NCBI GenBank assembly: GCA_963665665.1
Contig: OY762428.1
Location: forward strand, 3,936,001 to 4,000,000
Direction: 5' to 3'
DNA from: Candidatus Kapaibacterium sp.
GTDB lineage: Bacteria; Bacteroidota; Ignavibacteria; Kapaibacteriales; UBA2268
DNA: 64,000 bases
Within the stretch, counting starts at the first letter, position 1. Each line of letters begins with the position of its first letter. The notes beneath the pieces were generated by a model. The model saw nothing but the letters and a program-made list of their open reading frames with translations, had not been told where the DNA came from and did not search any database. Made by a program: the position numbers and the translations under genes. This document shows positions 1 to 10,578 of this stretch, in pieces.

Positions 1-902
1 AGTATTTCCAGGGCGATATTTTTATAATAGTCTTTTTTACTTATCTGGTAAGCTTCGGAAAGTACATTCAGCATCATTGCCTGATCGTAGAGCATTTTCT
101 CGAAATGTGGCAGCAGCCACCTGCTGTCGGTTGAATACCTGTGAAAACCGAATCCAACCTGGTCGAAAATACCACCCTTGCGCATTTCAAGTAATGTTTT
201 TTCAACCATTTCAAGGGCTTTTTCATCATTATGCTTTTTAAAATATCTCATTAGAAACAGCATATTATGCGGAATGGGAAACTTGGGTGCACTGCCAAAT
301 CCACCTTTATATTTATCATAGCTGGTGCTCAATTCGTTGAAGCATTGCACGAAATGCTGATCCTCCACCACAGGGCCATCCATTGTTGTTATACTTCCCT
401 GTAGTGAATTGGCAATATCATCGGATGATTTCCTGACATCATCCCGCCTTGTGTTCCATACTTCCATCACCTTGGGAATTAATTCAGTAAGGCCTGTTCG
501 TCCGTGAACGCTGTTTTTGGGGAAGTATGTACCTGCAAAGAAAGGCTTGCGGTCTGGAGTCAGCAAAACAGTTAACGGCCATCCGCCGCCGCCTGTCATC
601 ATCTGGCAAACAGTCATGTAAATTTCATCAATATCCGGGCGTTCCTCACGGTCAACCTTTATACAAATAAAATTATCATTGAGCAGTTTTGCAACCTGTT
701 CATCCTCGAAAGATTCATGTTCCATAACGTGACACCAATGGCAGGTTGCATATCCTATTGACAGAAAAACCGGTTTATCCTTTTCTTCAGCCATTTTAAA
801 AGCAGCTTTGCCCCAGGGCTGCCAGTTTACCGGATTGTGTGCATGCTGTAATAAATACGGACTTTTTTCATTTATCAGACTATTAGTATATTTTTCTTTC
901 AT
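1..902 (-). CDS. Thioredoxin-domain protein, YyaL/SSP411 (DUF255) family; 5' part only, runs off the window
   Basis: Manual translation from the ATG at 902: [31 protein letters not shown]...[20 protein letters not shown]...[11 protein letters not shown]...GGGGWPLTV, the family signature. Confidence 0.93.
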   Translation of the reverse strand, partial: MKEKYTNSLINEKSPYLLQHAHNPVNWQPWGKAAFKMAEEKDKPVFLSIGYATCHWCHVMEHESFEDEQVAKLLNDNFICIKVDREERPDIDEIYMTVCQMMTGGGGWPLTVLLTPDRKPFFAGTYFPKNSVHGRTGLTELIPKVMEVWNTRRDDVRKSSDDIANSLQGSITTMDGPVVEDQHFVQCFNELSTSYDKYKGGFGSAPKFPIPHNMLFLMRYFKKHNDEKALEMVEKTLLEMRKGGIFDQVGFGFHRYSTDSRWLLPHFEKMLYDQAMMLNVLSEAYQISKKDYYKNIALEI

Positions 903-977
903 TCTTTTTCCGATCAGTTCAGTTTAATATTTATGTTATGGCGTATTGTCACAAGTTTTATTGAGGATCAAATTCCA

Positions 978-1014
978 CTTTCCATTTGCTTTCCTGCTTT
1001 TCTTTATGTAGATT
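978..1014 (+). repeat. 37-bp direct repeat, copy 1 (sigma70-like promoter, TTGCTT-N17-TAGATT)
   Basis: 35/37 identical to 2446..2482. Confidence 0.75.
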
Positions 1015-1349
1015 AATCATTGGTTATGAATTTTAATCTGAACATAAGATAATATAAAAAAGGTGGAGTTGATTTCTCTGCTGGAAAAATTAAGGGTAAT
1101 TTATGAATAGAAGAATATCGAGAATTGAAAACGATGTACAGGATAGACAATCAGAAGCCTGGAAACAAAAGGAAAACTAAAAAAGTAAAGAAAATTTTGC
1201 ATGGGTTGGTTATTAGCGCGATTGTTGATCTTTTAAAAATCAACAAAATTTCGTATAAAATCAGCTCAAATTATTTCATATTTTTCGAATCATTATCGAA
1301 TATTAACGAATCATATCGTATCAGAAGATTTTTTTTTGTATTTTTATTT

Positions 1350-2390
1350 ATGGAAAACAGGGTATATATATTTGGACTAAAAATTGATTGGAATCTTATC
1401 CGAATGATAAGCCAAATTGACAGATTTGACGCTTCATGGTCTTCAATCGAAAAAAAAGAAGGTTCGAGTTTAAAGCAATTAAAAACAATTGCAACTATTA
1501 GAAGTGTCGGAGCTTCCACTAGGATTGAAGGCTCAAATATGTCTGACAAAGAAATTGAAGCGTTGCTTAATGAAATTGACATTACAAAATTAGTAGATAG
1601 AGATTCTCAAGAAGTAGTAGGATATTTCGAAACTTTAGATTTGATTTCAGAGTCTTATAAAGATATTTCAATCTCTGAAAACAGTTTGAAACATTTGCAC
1701 AATGTTTTATTGAGACACAGCAAGAAAGATCTGTGGCATAAAGGAGATTATAAGCAACACAGTAATATAGTAGAAGCGAAATTTCCCGATGGTACTCAGC
1801 AGGTGATATTTCGAACTACAGAGGCCGGATTTCCTACTAAAGATGCAATGAGGCAATTAATAAATTGGTATTCTAATGACTCAGAGACTCATCCACTTGT
1901 GAAATGCGCATTATTTGTTTATGAATTTGTAAGTATTCACCCATTCCAAGACGGAAACGGAAGATTAAGCAGATTGCTTTCTTCCTTATTACTTTTAAAA
2001 AATGGATATAAATGGATTGAATATGTGAGCTTTGAACATGAAATTGAAAGCAGAAAAACTGAATATTACAGAGTATTAAGAATGTGTCAGGCACGTAGGC
2101 CTAATGAAGATGTAACAGAATGGATTCAATTTTTTTTCGATGCACTTGGAAATATTCAAAAACAATTAATGATAAAACTCGAAAGAAAGGGAATTGAAAC
2201 AAGATTATCTCCGCGTGAAAAATCTATTTTAATATTTATTGAAAATAATGCAGGTTGTAAATCCGGTGATATAGCTAAACGTCTCGGAATACCCAGCCCA
2301 ACAGTTAAGAAAATTTTACCTGAATTGATAAAACAAAACTTAATTGAAAAATATGGTTCCGGGCCGGGAACTAATTATTCAATAAAATAA
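1350..2390 (+). CDS. Fic family protein with N-terminal autoinhibitory motif and C-terminal wHTH
   Basis: Fic motif HPFQDGNGRLSR; (S/T)xxxE(G/N) motif STRIEG; C-terminal HTH; ATG at 1350 preferred over the TTG at 1125. Confidence 0.9.
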   Translation: MENRVYIFGLKIDWNLIRMISQIDRFDASWSSIEKKEGSSLKQLKTIATIRSVGASTRIEGSNMSDKEIEALLNEIDITKLVDRDSQEVVGYFETLDLISESYKDISISENSLKHLHNVLLRHSKKDLWHKGDYKQHSNIVEAKFPDGTQQVIFRTTEAGFPTKDAMRQLINWYSNDSETHPLVKCALFVYEFVSIHPFQDGNGRLSRLLSSLLLLKNGYKWIEYVSFEHEIESRKTEYYRVLRMCQARRPNEDVTEWIQFFFDALGNIQKQLMIKLERKGIETRLSPREKSILIFIENNAGCKSGDIAKRLGIPSPTVKKILPELIKQNLIEKYGSGPGTNYSIK

Positions 2391-2445
2391 ATGTCTTTAA
2401 ATAAATTATAGGTAATGGCAGGGAGATAAATATCATAAAACATCC

Positions 2446-2482
2446 CTTTCCACTTGCTTTCCTGCTTCTCTTTATGTAGATT
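2446..2482 (+). repeat. 37-bp direct repeat, copy 2 (promoter-like)
   Basis: Matches 978..1014 with 2 mismatches. Confidence 0.75.
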
Positions 2483-2540
2483 TCTATTTTAAAAAGAAGT
2501 TGCTGAAGATAAAATATTATTAACTCATATAAACGAAGAA

Positions 2541-2855
2541 GTGAGAGAATTACCAGAAGATATTATTGAGGAAATGAAAACACGATTTGGCTCTGAATTC
2601 AATTCAGCGATTAAAATTCTGGCCGAATATTTGGAAAAATATAATTATTTAGATTCTGACAGAATTGTTCGCTGTTCAATTTTTTTAACTCAAAACAGAA
2701 TTGAACACTGGAAGTCAAATTTGGATTCTGCAAAAACTGACCCGAGAGATATTATGTTTTGGGCAGAATACGAAAACCGAAATGATGATAAACCAAATAG
2801 GGTTAGAGATTTTAATAAGACATTTGCAGAAAATAATGTCAAAACTGATTATTGA
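2541..2855 (+). CDS. Hypothetical protein
   Basis: 104-aa ORF with GTG start and plausible composition; no family recognised. Confidence 0.65.
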   Translation: MRELPEDIIEEMKTRFGSEFNSAIKILAEYLEKYNYLDSDRIVRCSIFLTQNRIEHWKSNLDSAKTDPRDIMFWAEYENRNDDKPNRVRDFNKTFAENNVKTDY

Positions 2856-2887
2856 AAATGCTTTTATGAAATAAATCTAAGCATGAT

Positions 2888-3760
2888 ATGAAAGATAATA
2901 CGAAACACATAGAAGTTCATGACACAATTATCCATATTACAAGGCAGAGGGATGAAGATTATATTAGTTTGACTGATATGCTGAAATATAAGGAAAGTGG
3001 TGGATTAATTTTTAAGTGGTTAAGCAATAAAAATACGATTGAGTTTCTTGGAGTATGGGAAAAAATTTATAATCCGGATTTTAATTACACCGAATTCGGT
3101 GTAATTATGTCGGAAGCTGGAGTTAATAGATTTACAATGTCTGTAAAACAATGGATTGAGAGAACCAATGCCATTGGAATCTTTGCAAAAACAGGAAGAT
3201 ATGGCGGAACTTATGCTCATAAAGATATTGCTTTTGAACTTGGAACATGGATAAGCCCCGAGTTCAAATTACTTGTTATTAGAGAGTTTCAGAGATTAAA
3301 AGAAATTGAGAGTAATCTATACAATTTAGAATGGAATGTAAAGAGAATTTTAAGTAAGACAAACTATCACATTCATACTGATGCAATCAAAAACTTTATC
3401 ATTCCAGAAATTAATTATGATAAAGATAAACAATGGTTGCTCTATGCAGAGGAAGCTGATTTATTGAATGTTGCACTATTTAAATGTTCGGCAAAAGATT
3501 GGCGTGAATCCAACCCGGAATTGAAAACCAAAGGAATGAATATTAGAGATATTGCCAGTATAAATGAACTTGCTGTTTTGTCAAACCTTGAAACTCTTAA
3601 TGCAGAGATGATTTCGAAAGGGTACAGCAAAAATGACAGGTACAAACGTTTGAAAGAAATATCAGAATATCAATTAATAATAATGAATGAAAAAGATTTT
3701 ATGAAAGCTCTGAAAAAACTGAATGAAAAAGTGTATATTGAAAATAAAACAAGAAAATAA
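2888..3760 (+). CDS. KilA-N domain-containing DNA-binding protein
   Basis: DYISLTDM...WLSNKNTIEFLGVWE...GRYGGTYAHKDIAFELGTWISPEFKL. Confidence 0.92.
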   Translation: MKDNTKHIEVHDTIIHITRQRDEDYISLTDMLKYKESGGLIFKWLSNKNTIEFLGVWEKIYNPDFNYTEFGVIMSEAGVNRFTMSVKQWIERTNAIGIFAKTGRYGGTYAHKDIAFELGTWISPEFKLLVIREFQRLKEIESNLYNLEWNVKRILSKTNYHIHTDAIKNFIIPEINYDKDKQWLLYAEEADLLNVALFKCSAKDWRESNPELKTKGMNIRDIASINELAVLSNLETLNAEMISKGYSKNDRYKRLKEISEYQLIIMNEKDFMKALKKLNEKVYIENKTRK

Positions 3761-3819
3761 TATAATGTCTATATATCTAATAATTACAAGAATTTGTTGA
3801 AAATGTCATCAAAAAATCA

Positions 3820-4194
3820 ATGAAACTAAAAGATATAACAGGAATATTTGTTTTTTGTTTAGGCGTATTACTTACATCTTGTAATCATGATGTCAAATTT
3901 GATAGCAGAAAATGGAAGGAAAACGGAGGAGATAACATTACTCTTGATACAAGGGCTAATATGGTTAACGATTTAATTAAAAGTAAAATTCTAATAAATA
4001 AAACAATTTTTGAGATTGAAGAGCTGATCGGTTGTAGTGTTAATATAGCCAATGAAAATAATAGTCTTTATAGATATTATATTATACAGGAGAAATACGG
4101 ATGGGATATAGATCCGAAGGAAATAACCTTACTCAAAGTACATTACGATGAGAAAGGAATATCCGATTCTGTTGAACTATATAAGACTAAATGA
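3820..4194 (+). CDS. Putative lipoprotein
   Basis: Signal peptide with lipobox LLTSC. Confidence 0.7.
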   Translation: MKLKDITGIFVFCLGVLLTSCNHDVKFDSRKWKENGGDNITLDTRANMVNDLIKSKILINKTIFEIEELIGCSVNIANENNSLYRYYIIQEKYGWDIDPKEITLLKVHYDEKGISDSVELYKTK

Positions 4195-4334
4195 TAAAAT
4201 GAATTACTTCAGTAAATTCCATTAACCAATCCCCCAAAAACAAATAATCACATTTAGCTCACCCACCATAATATTCGATATTTGGCTTGCTTTTTGTTAG
4301 TACAAGCATTAAGTAGTTGTAAAACAAAAGATAT

Positions 4335-5735
4335 ATGATGTTCGGCAAAAAGTCTGATAAGGAAAATACACAGAAAAGCGGGCATGGCAGGTTATTCCGG
4401 CCGGTCAGTACTGTGGATGTAATGGAGGAAAGAGAAAAATTTTCCGCCACGGCAGAGAATTTTATCCAAACCCAACCCGGATTTATCCTTAAAGGCCCAA
4501 TATATATAATATTTATCATACTTTTTACAGCTGTTATTTACAGCTTTTACGCTGTTGTTGATACAAAGGTTACTACGACGCTGGCAGTACTCGGTGAGGA
4601 ATATATTGTGCAAAGCCCGGTTGCCGGTTCGGTCGGGTCGGTATTTGTAGAGCAAAACGACGACGTTTCATACCAGCAGCAGCTTTTGAGTATTATGTCG
4701 GAGTCGGCCCTTGCTTCCGAGTATGACCTCGAGGAGCTTAAGGTTGAACTGGAACTGCTCAGGAAAAAATATTTGCAGGTGGATGTATCCATCGAAAAAA
4801 TTAAATCTATTGCCAATGATTATGGTGGCAGGGACGGACGCTTTGTTGTGGAATTTGCAACGGGCCTGAGAAGAAACGGATTGATTGACCCGGCAGAAAT
4901 TCCGGAAAATGGGATTAGGGACAGCATCTGGAAAGCCTCGGAGTATTTCAACTTAGTGCAGAAGCTATCAGCAAATTCCGACAGGCTGTGGAATTCGTAT
5001 AACCGTTCGCTGGACCTTGAAAAGAAGCAATCTGCAATCTATCAGCAGGATATTATCCTTTTTGATAAAAAAGTGATAACCGAATACCAGATAGCCGCTT
5101 CAAGAGAAAAATACCTCGGGCTTGTGTCCCAGACCGAAGCCCTTATAAATAGTTACCGCGTGGAAATCTATTCGAACCTTCAGCTTCTCGACGACCTGCT
5201 TGAAAGCATAGCTAAGGAATACAGATCGACCGGTTCGGAGGTAAAGGAATTGGAAATACTGGAGGATGAAGTGATCCTGAAAGACCGCCAGGTGATAATG
5301 AAATCCAAGTACCCAGGCGTGGTTGCGGAAATTTACCCGAAATCTTACGAATATATCGGCAAGGGCGTTTCCCTGCTCAGGATTATCAGGGACGACCTGC
5401 CCAAAACAGGAATGATTTACATTTCAGACCAGAATGTTGGAAAAGTGAAAAAAGGCCAGACAGTATCAATTAAATTCGATGCCTATCCATACCAGGATTT
5501 CGGAATTCAGCTTGGGCGAGTTATTGATATTTCGCCCGATCCGCAGGTTGTTGAAGGGTACGGGCTGGTTTATGAATCAAAAGTTGTTTTCGATAAAATC
5601 AATCCTAAGATAAATTTAAAATATGGGATGCGCGGCGTGGCAGAAGTTTCTACGGGTTCGAAAAGAATGATAGAAACAGTATTCGCGCCAATATCAAAAG
5701 TATTTGATTACATAAGAGGCAAAAAATCAGACTAA
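4335..5735 (+). CDS. HlyD-family type I secretion periplasmic adaptor
   Basis: N-terminal TM helix, lipoyl-like halves, long coiled coil, KFDAYPYQDFG...GRVIDISPD motif; directly upstream of the ABC exporter. Confidence 0.92.
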   Translation: MMFGKKSDKENTQKSGHGRLFRPVSTVDVMEEREKFSATAENFIQTQPGFILKGPIYIIFIILFTAVIYSFYAVVDTKVTTTLAVLGEEYIVQSPVAGSVGSVFVEQNDDVSYQQQLLSIMSESALASEYDLEELKVELELLRKKYLQVDVSIEKIKSIANDYGGRDGRFVVEFATGLRRNGLIDPAEIPENGIRDSIWKASEYFNLVQKLSANSDRLWNSYNRSLDLEKKQSAIYQQDIILFDKKVITEYQIAASREKYLGLVSQTEALINSYRVEIYSNLQLLDDLLESIAKEYRSTGSEVKELEILEDEVILKDRQVIMKSKYPGVVAEIYPKSYEYIGKGVSLLRIIRDDLPKTGMIYISDQNVGKVKKGQTVSIKFDAYPYQDFGIQLGRVIDISPDPQVVEGYGLVYESKVVFDKINPKINLKYGMRGVAEVSTGSKRMIETVFAPISKVFDYIRGKKSD

Positions 5736-5743
5736 TATAAATT

Positions 5744-8700
5744 ATGGCAGACAACAACGCAAATATTAAACTTGATCCGGATCCGATTAAATCGGGTATC
5801 AGGGATATTATAAATGAAATTGACCTGTTCGCGGCACTGAGCGATTCGGATAAGGATAAACTGGCGGGGCATTTCGAATTTAAAAAACTTGGCCTCGGCG
5901 ACCCGATTTCGGAAGTTGGCAAGCCTTGTAATAATTTTATCTATGTTTACAAGGGCGCTATCAGGAAAAAGATCACTGCCGACGGCATCATCCGCAGCCT
6001 TGGGCGCGTTGAGGAAAAAGGCTTTACCGGGGAAATCTCACTTGTGGATGATACGCCCTGGAATTATTCTGTTTCAGCCGCCGACCCTGATACACATTTG
6101 CTTATTTTAGATTCCGTCAATCCTGAAGTAAGGTCTGTTGCTGTTTCTGCCAAAGAAAAAATTGCCGCATCCCTGCTTGAACACAAGATCAGGGATATAT
6201 TCAAATCAAAACTTATTGATGAAGACCTGGTTAAAGATATTGCCGACAGCGCATTTATCGAAAGGCACGACAAGGGAGAAATTATATTCAACCAGGGTGA
6301 AGAAAATAATTCACTATATATTATACTTCGCGGAATAGTTGATATCTACCGCGAGAACCTGGAAAATGACGGGCTTGTTGGCGTTGCCGGACGCGACGAC
6401 ATGATTGGCGAGTACGGCGTAGTTAGCGGCAAGCAGCAGGGCTACAGGGCCATAGCAAATGAAGAAACCGTTATGGTTGAAATCCCATACCAGCTTGTAT
6501 CGCAATTATTCAGCCATGATGACGGACTAAAAGAATTATTTGAAAGCAGAATTAAAAATTTTGAAGAAGAACTTGCCAAGATAACCGGTGGCGAGGCCGA
6601 TGACGAGAATAAAAAGATTTATCCAGAATTCAAAGATACGGGCGAAAAAAAGATCAGGCATTTCCCCTGGTTGCAGCAGCACGACGAAAGTGACTGCGGC
6701 CCCGCTTGTATTACCATGATCTCGAAATTTTACGGCAAGAAGCTGAGCATGGGGCAGGTTAGGGAAATGGCAAACGTATCGGTTGAAGGTGCCTCGATGG
6801 GGGCAGTTTGCCGGGCCTCGGAAAACCTTGGCTACAGGGCAAGGCCGTATAAACTCAGCTATCCCGGCCTTAAAAACCTGAAACTGCCGGCAATTGTCCA
6901 TTGGGAAGGCTATCACTGGACTGTATTGTTTAAAATAGATCCAAAAAATATATGGCTGGCAGACCCCGGTATCGGTATCAGAAAGCTGACACACGAACAA
7001 TTTAAAAAATCATGGACACGCTACGCGATAGAGTTAGAGCCTACACCGGCATTTAAAAGCCTGAAGCCGGCAAAAACTCCGGTATTCCGCTTCGTTAAAT
7101 ATCTGCTTCCGTATAAATTCTTCTTCTTTGAAATATTTATCGGGGCATTAGTTCTGAATGTACTTGGACTGGCATCTCCATTATTCATACAAAGTATTAT
7201 CGATAATGTTATCGTATATAAAAATGTTTCATTATTAAATATGATGCTGATGGGTATGGTGCTCGTCACCTTCTTCTCTACACTTACTTCAAGCATTCAG
7301 TCCCTGGTGATGATCTACGTAACCACACGCCTGGACTTGAAGCTGCTGGCGGATTTCTATAAGCACGTGCTAAGCCTGCCTATGAAATTCTTCTACTCGC
7401 GCAAAACGGGTGATATAATAACCCGCTTCGGCGAGAATAGCAAAGTAAGGGCTATTCTCTCGGGTTCGGCAATTTCCACCGTACTCAACGTGATAATGGT
7501 GGTTGTATATATATCAATGATGTTTGCCTATAGTGCCCCGCTTTCATTTGTTGTGCTTGCATTCCTGCCATTTTTCGTGGGGCTGACTCTCGTATTTTCA
7601 CCGATAATAAAAAGAATATCCAACGATATATTTATGTCCAACAGCGACCAAAGCTCGCTGATGATAGAATCCATACAGGGTATTGAAACCATCAAGGCAA
7701 ACTCGACAGAATGGAACGTAAGGACGAAATGGGAAGATTCATACGTTAACAACGTGAACCTTTCCGCCAAGATGCAGAAAACGCAGATGCTGGCAGGGAT
7801 TATAAGCCAGGTTGTAAACACAGCGTCGAGTATAACGCTGCTCTGGTATGGCGCCCACCTTGTAATGGAAGGCAGCATATCCGTAGGTGAGTTTATGGGA
7901 TTCAACGCAATAGTCGGTTCTGTGATGGGGCCAATAATGGGGCTGGTAGGGCTTTACGATCAGTTCCAGAATGTATCTACAAGTATGGAAAGGCTGAACG
8001 ACGTTCTTGAGATGGAACCCGAGGAAAAGCCACCGGCTGAAGAAGACAAACCAAAAGTATTTATCAAGAAGGCCAAAGGTGCCCTGAACTTCAAAGACGT
8101 GAATTTCCGCTACGGATCGGAGGATTCGCCGCTGGTCATCAATAATATGAACCTGGAAGTTCCGCCCGGCAAGGTAGTTGCATTTGTCGGCAAGTCCGGC
8201 TGTGGTAAGAGCACCCTGATGAAGATGCTGGCCGGCTTTAACATACCCACCTCCGGCGAACTGATGATCGACGGCATAGACCTTAAGAATATTGATATAA
8301 TGTCGCTGCGCCGGAATATTGGCTGGGTGCTGCAGGACAGTTTCCTGTTCAGTGGTTCGGTAATTGATAATATTGCCCTCGGCGATTTAAACCCGGATAT
8401 AGATAAGGTTAGAAAAGCTGCGGTGCTTGCCGCTGCTGATGAATTTATTAAGGATTTCCCGATGGGATACAAAACCATTGTCGGAGAAAAAGGCATGGCT
8501 GTTTCCGGAGGGCAGAGACAGAGATTATGCATAGCCCGCGCCCTTTACCGCGACCCCCAGATACTGCTAATGGACGAGGCCACATCCTCGCTTGACGCCG
8601 AATCGGAAAGAAGGATACAGGAGAACCTTGATAAAATTCTCGTGGGGCGCACGGCGGTAATTATTGCCCACCGCCTCAGTACCGTTCGCAACGCCGACAT

Positions 8701-8815
8701 GATATGCTACCTTGAAGGCGGCCGCGTAGCGGAAAAAGGCACCCACAGCGAACTGTTAAAAGCCCGCGGCCTATACTATGCCATGGCCTCCGAACAAATT
8801 GGCGGAGAAGATTGA
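5744..8815 (+). CDS. Peptidase C39-containing ABC exporter with N-terminal cyclic-nucleotide-binding domains
   Basis: Two cNMP-like domains (e.g. IIFNQGE...LYIILRG...IGE); C39 motifs QHDESDCGPAC, HW, ADP; TM domain; Walker A GKSGCGKS, signature VSGGQRQR, Walker B LLMDEATS. Confidence 0.93.
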   Translation: MADNNANIKLDPDPIKSGIRDIINEIDLFAALSDSDKDKLAGHFEFKKLGLGDPISEVGKPCNNFIYVYKGAIRKKITADGIIRSLGRVEEKGFTGEISLVDDTPWNYSVSAADPDTHLLILDSVNPEVRSVAVSAKEKIAASLLEHKIRDIFKSKLIDEDLVKDIADSAFIERHDKGEIIFNQGEENNSLYIILRGIVDIYRENLENDGLVGVAGRDDMIGEYGVVSGKQQGYRAIANEETVMVEIPYQLVSQLFSHDDGLKELFESRIKNFEEELAKITGGEADDENKKIYPEFKDTGEKKIRHFPWLQQHDESDCGPACITMISKFYGKKLSMGQVREMANVSVEGASMGAVCRASENLGYRARPYKLSYPGLKNLKLPAIVHWEGYHWTVLFKIDPKNIWLADPGIGIRKLTHEQFKKSWTRYAIELEPTPAFKSLKPAKTPVFRFVKYLLPYKFFFFEIFIGALVLNVLGLASPLFIQSIIDNVIVYKNVSLLNMMLMGMVLVTFFSTLTSSIQSLVMIYVTTRLDLKLLADFYKHVLSLPMKFFYSRKTGDIITRFGENSKVRAILSGSAISTVLNVIMVVVYISMMFAYSAPLSFVVLAFLPFFVGLTLVFSPIIKRISNDIFMSNSDQSSLMIESIQGIETIKANSTEWNVRTKWEDSYVNNVNLSAKMQKTQMLAGIISQVVNTASSITLLWYGAHLVMEGSISVGEFMGFNAIVGSVMGPIMGLVGLYDQFQNVSTSMERLNDVLEMEPEEKPPAEEDKPKVFIKKAKGALNFKDVNFRYGSEDSPLVINNMNLEVPPGKVVAFVGKSGCGKSTLMKMLAGFNIPTSGELMIDGIDLKNIDIMSLRRNIGWVLQDSFLFSGSVIDNIALGDLNPDIDKVRKAAVLAAADEFIKDFPMGYKTIVGEKGMAVSGGQRQRLCIARALYRDPQILLMDEATSSLDAESERRIQENLDKILVGRTAVIIAHRLSTVRNADMICYLEGGRVAEKGTHSELLKARGLYYAMASEQIGGED

Positions 8816-8912
8816 GGGATGAAAATTTTTTTTGATACTGCGATTATATTGATGGAATTTGTATTTTAGGGAAGTAGTTGATGAGGTAATTAAACAAGAC
8901 AGAAAGTATTAA

Positions 8913-9500
8913 ATGGACACATTTTTCTTCATAGGCATCTTAATACTTATATTTATTGGAATACCTATTGGTATTGGACTTCTACTATATTTCGTTCCAA
9001 AGCGACTCGGATTTCCGAAAACGTCAAAATATCTTACAATTTCCTATGGAATTCTTGTTCTGACAATTGCTTTCTTCATAATTTTCGAAGATCAACTTTT
9101 TTCCAAAAATGATGCAAAGGAACTTTTAATAGAGCAAGGAATTGAATTATCTGATGATTTTAAAATACTTCATAATGAAACAGTTTCAGCATTAGCCGAT
9201 AGTTACCATACTTTTACTCTTGAAATATCAGAGCAGGACAAAAGACATGCTATTTCTGAAATTCAAAATTCTGACAACTTTGATCAGGACAATAGATCAA
9301 TCATTGAAATGGTGTTTCAGAGGGAGAATAGATATTTTGGCTCTGTTGTGAAACTAAAATATCAAACAGAAAATGATTTTATCAGAGAATATTTCAAACC
9401 AAGTGGCAAAGAAGGTTATGCACCTACTTTCAGACGTATTTCAATATTAAAGTTTGAAGATATAGTAGAATATAAAAACTTAAAAAGATACATAAAGTAA
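8913..9500 (+). CDS. Hypothetical membrane protein
   Basis: Two N-terminal hydrophobic helices followed by a soluble domain. Confidence 0.7.
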   Translation: MDTFFFIGILILIFIGIPIGIGLLLYFVPKRLGFPKTSKYLTISYGILVLTIAFFIIFEDQLFSKNDAKELLIEQGIELSDDFKILHNETVSALADSYHTFTLEISEQDKRHAISEIQNSDNFDQDNRSIIEMVFQRENRYFGSVVKLKYQTENDFIREYFKPSGKEGYAPTFRRISILKFEDIVEYKNLKRYIK

Positions 9501-9592
9501 TTGTGCCAATGTAACTAATGTTAATAGTGAAAAAAGGCATTAAATCACCAAAAAACCTCTATTATTAAAGATAACAGAAAGAGTATGAATTA

Positions 9593-10513
9593 ATGGAAGA
9601 GACATTTAACGAACAATCGACTGCTGTAATGACAAAACCGCGAAAAACTGTTCTAGCGTTTTTGTTTTCGCTATTACTTCCCGGGTTCGGGCAAATTTAC
9701 AATGGACAGCTAATAAAAGGTATTGTGTTTTTTGTTTTAATTCATTCTGTTACTTATATATTTGCCCTAACACGTGCTGCAACATCATTATATGGCCTGA
9801 TTGCATGGTTTGTACTCGAAATAGCGCTTCTGATTTTTATAATCTATGACGGAGTAAAGAACGCCAGGCGACAAAAGCAGTATATCTTAAAACCATATAA
9901 CAGGTGGTACTATCATTTACTTTTTGCTATAGGGATGGTTAGTATTTTAATTTTTTTAGACATTTCTTTTTACAGTTTAGGTATAAAAAATTTTAAGATT
10001 ACCGGCTCCGGTAACAAACCGACTTTTCAAATTGGCGACCGTGTAGTTGCAGATGAGAAAGCATACAACAACAAGAAACCTGATTATGGCGATATTGTTG
10101 CCTTTTCAAGGCCTGACGGAAAGATATGGTTTTTTAGAATTGTAGGGCTTCCATTTGATATGATTGATTTAAATGATAATAATGTGTGTATTAACGGCAA
10201 GCCCGGTAAGGAAAAATTTATTTCGGAGACGAAAAGTGATGGCGTTCCGGTTCTTGAATTTGAAGAAGAGCTTCCAAACGGGCACAAATACCTGATCTAC
10301 AAAATGAAATATCCTTATGACAGTTCAAAAGCAAATATAAAACAAATCTTTGTGCCTCATGGAAGTTATTATGTAATGGGAGACAATCGTAACAGATCAT
10401 TAGATAGCAGGCATATTGGTTTCATAGATGAAGATAGTATCATAGGGCGCATTATTTATACTTATTGGGGAGACTCATTCGACAGAATAAATATTGATTT
10501 CAGAAACAAATAA
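9593..10513 (+). CDS. Signal peptidase I-like protein (S26) with extra N-terminal TM region
   Basis: SGNKPT (Ser box), GDIVAF, FFRIVGLPFD (Arg present; the usual catalytic Lys of KR is not obvious), YYVMGDNRNRSLDSR. Confidence 0.8.
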   Translation: MEETFNEQSTAVMTKPRKTVLAFLFSLLLPGFGQIYNGQLIKGIVFFVLIHSVTYIFALTRAATSLYGLIAWFVLEIALLIFIIYDGVKNARRQKQYILKPYNRWYYHLLFAIGMVSILIFLDISFYSLGIKNFKITGSGNKPTFQIGDRVVADEKAYNNKKPDYGDIVAFSRPDGKIWFFRIVGLPFDMIDLNDNNVCINGKPGKEKFISETKSDGVPVLEFEEELPNGHKYLIYKMKYPYDSSKANIKQIFVPHGSYYVMGDNRNRSLDSRHIGFIDEDSIIGRIIYTYWGDSFDRINIDFRNK

Positions 10514-10578
10514 TATTTGCTGTTAAACTTATAATCCGGCCATCAACCTGGTCGATATGAAATATGATTTAACTTTTA

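Noticed and set aside
1125-1349. N-terminal extension of the Fic ORF
   Set aside because: TTG start and low-complexity AT-rich translation; the ATG at 1350 gives a typical family length.
2390-10560. Integron cassette array (small co-oriented AT-rich genes)
   Set aside because: No integrase and no convincing repeated attC-like inverted core sites between the genes.
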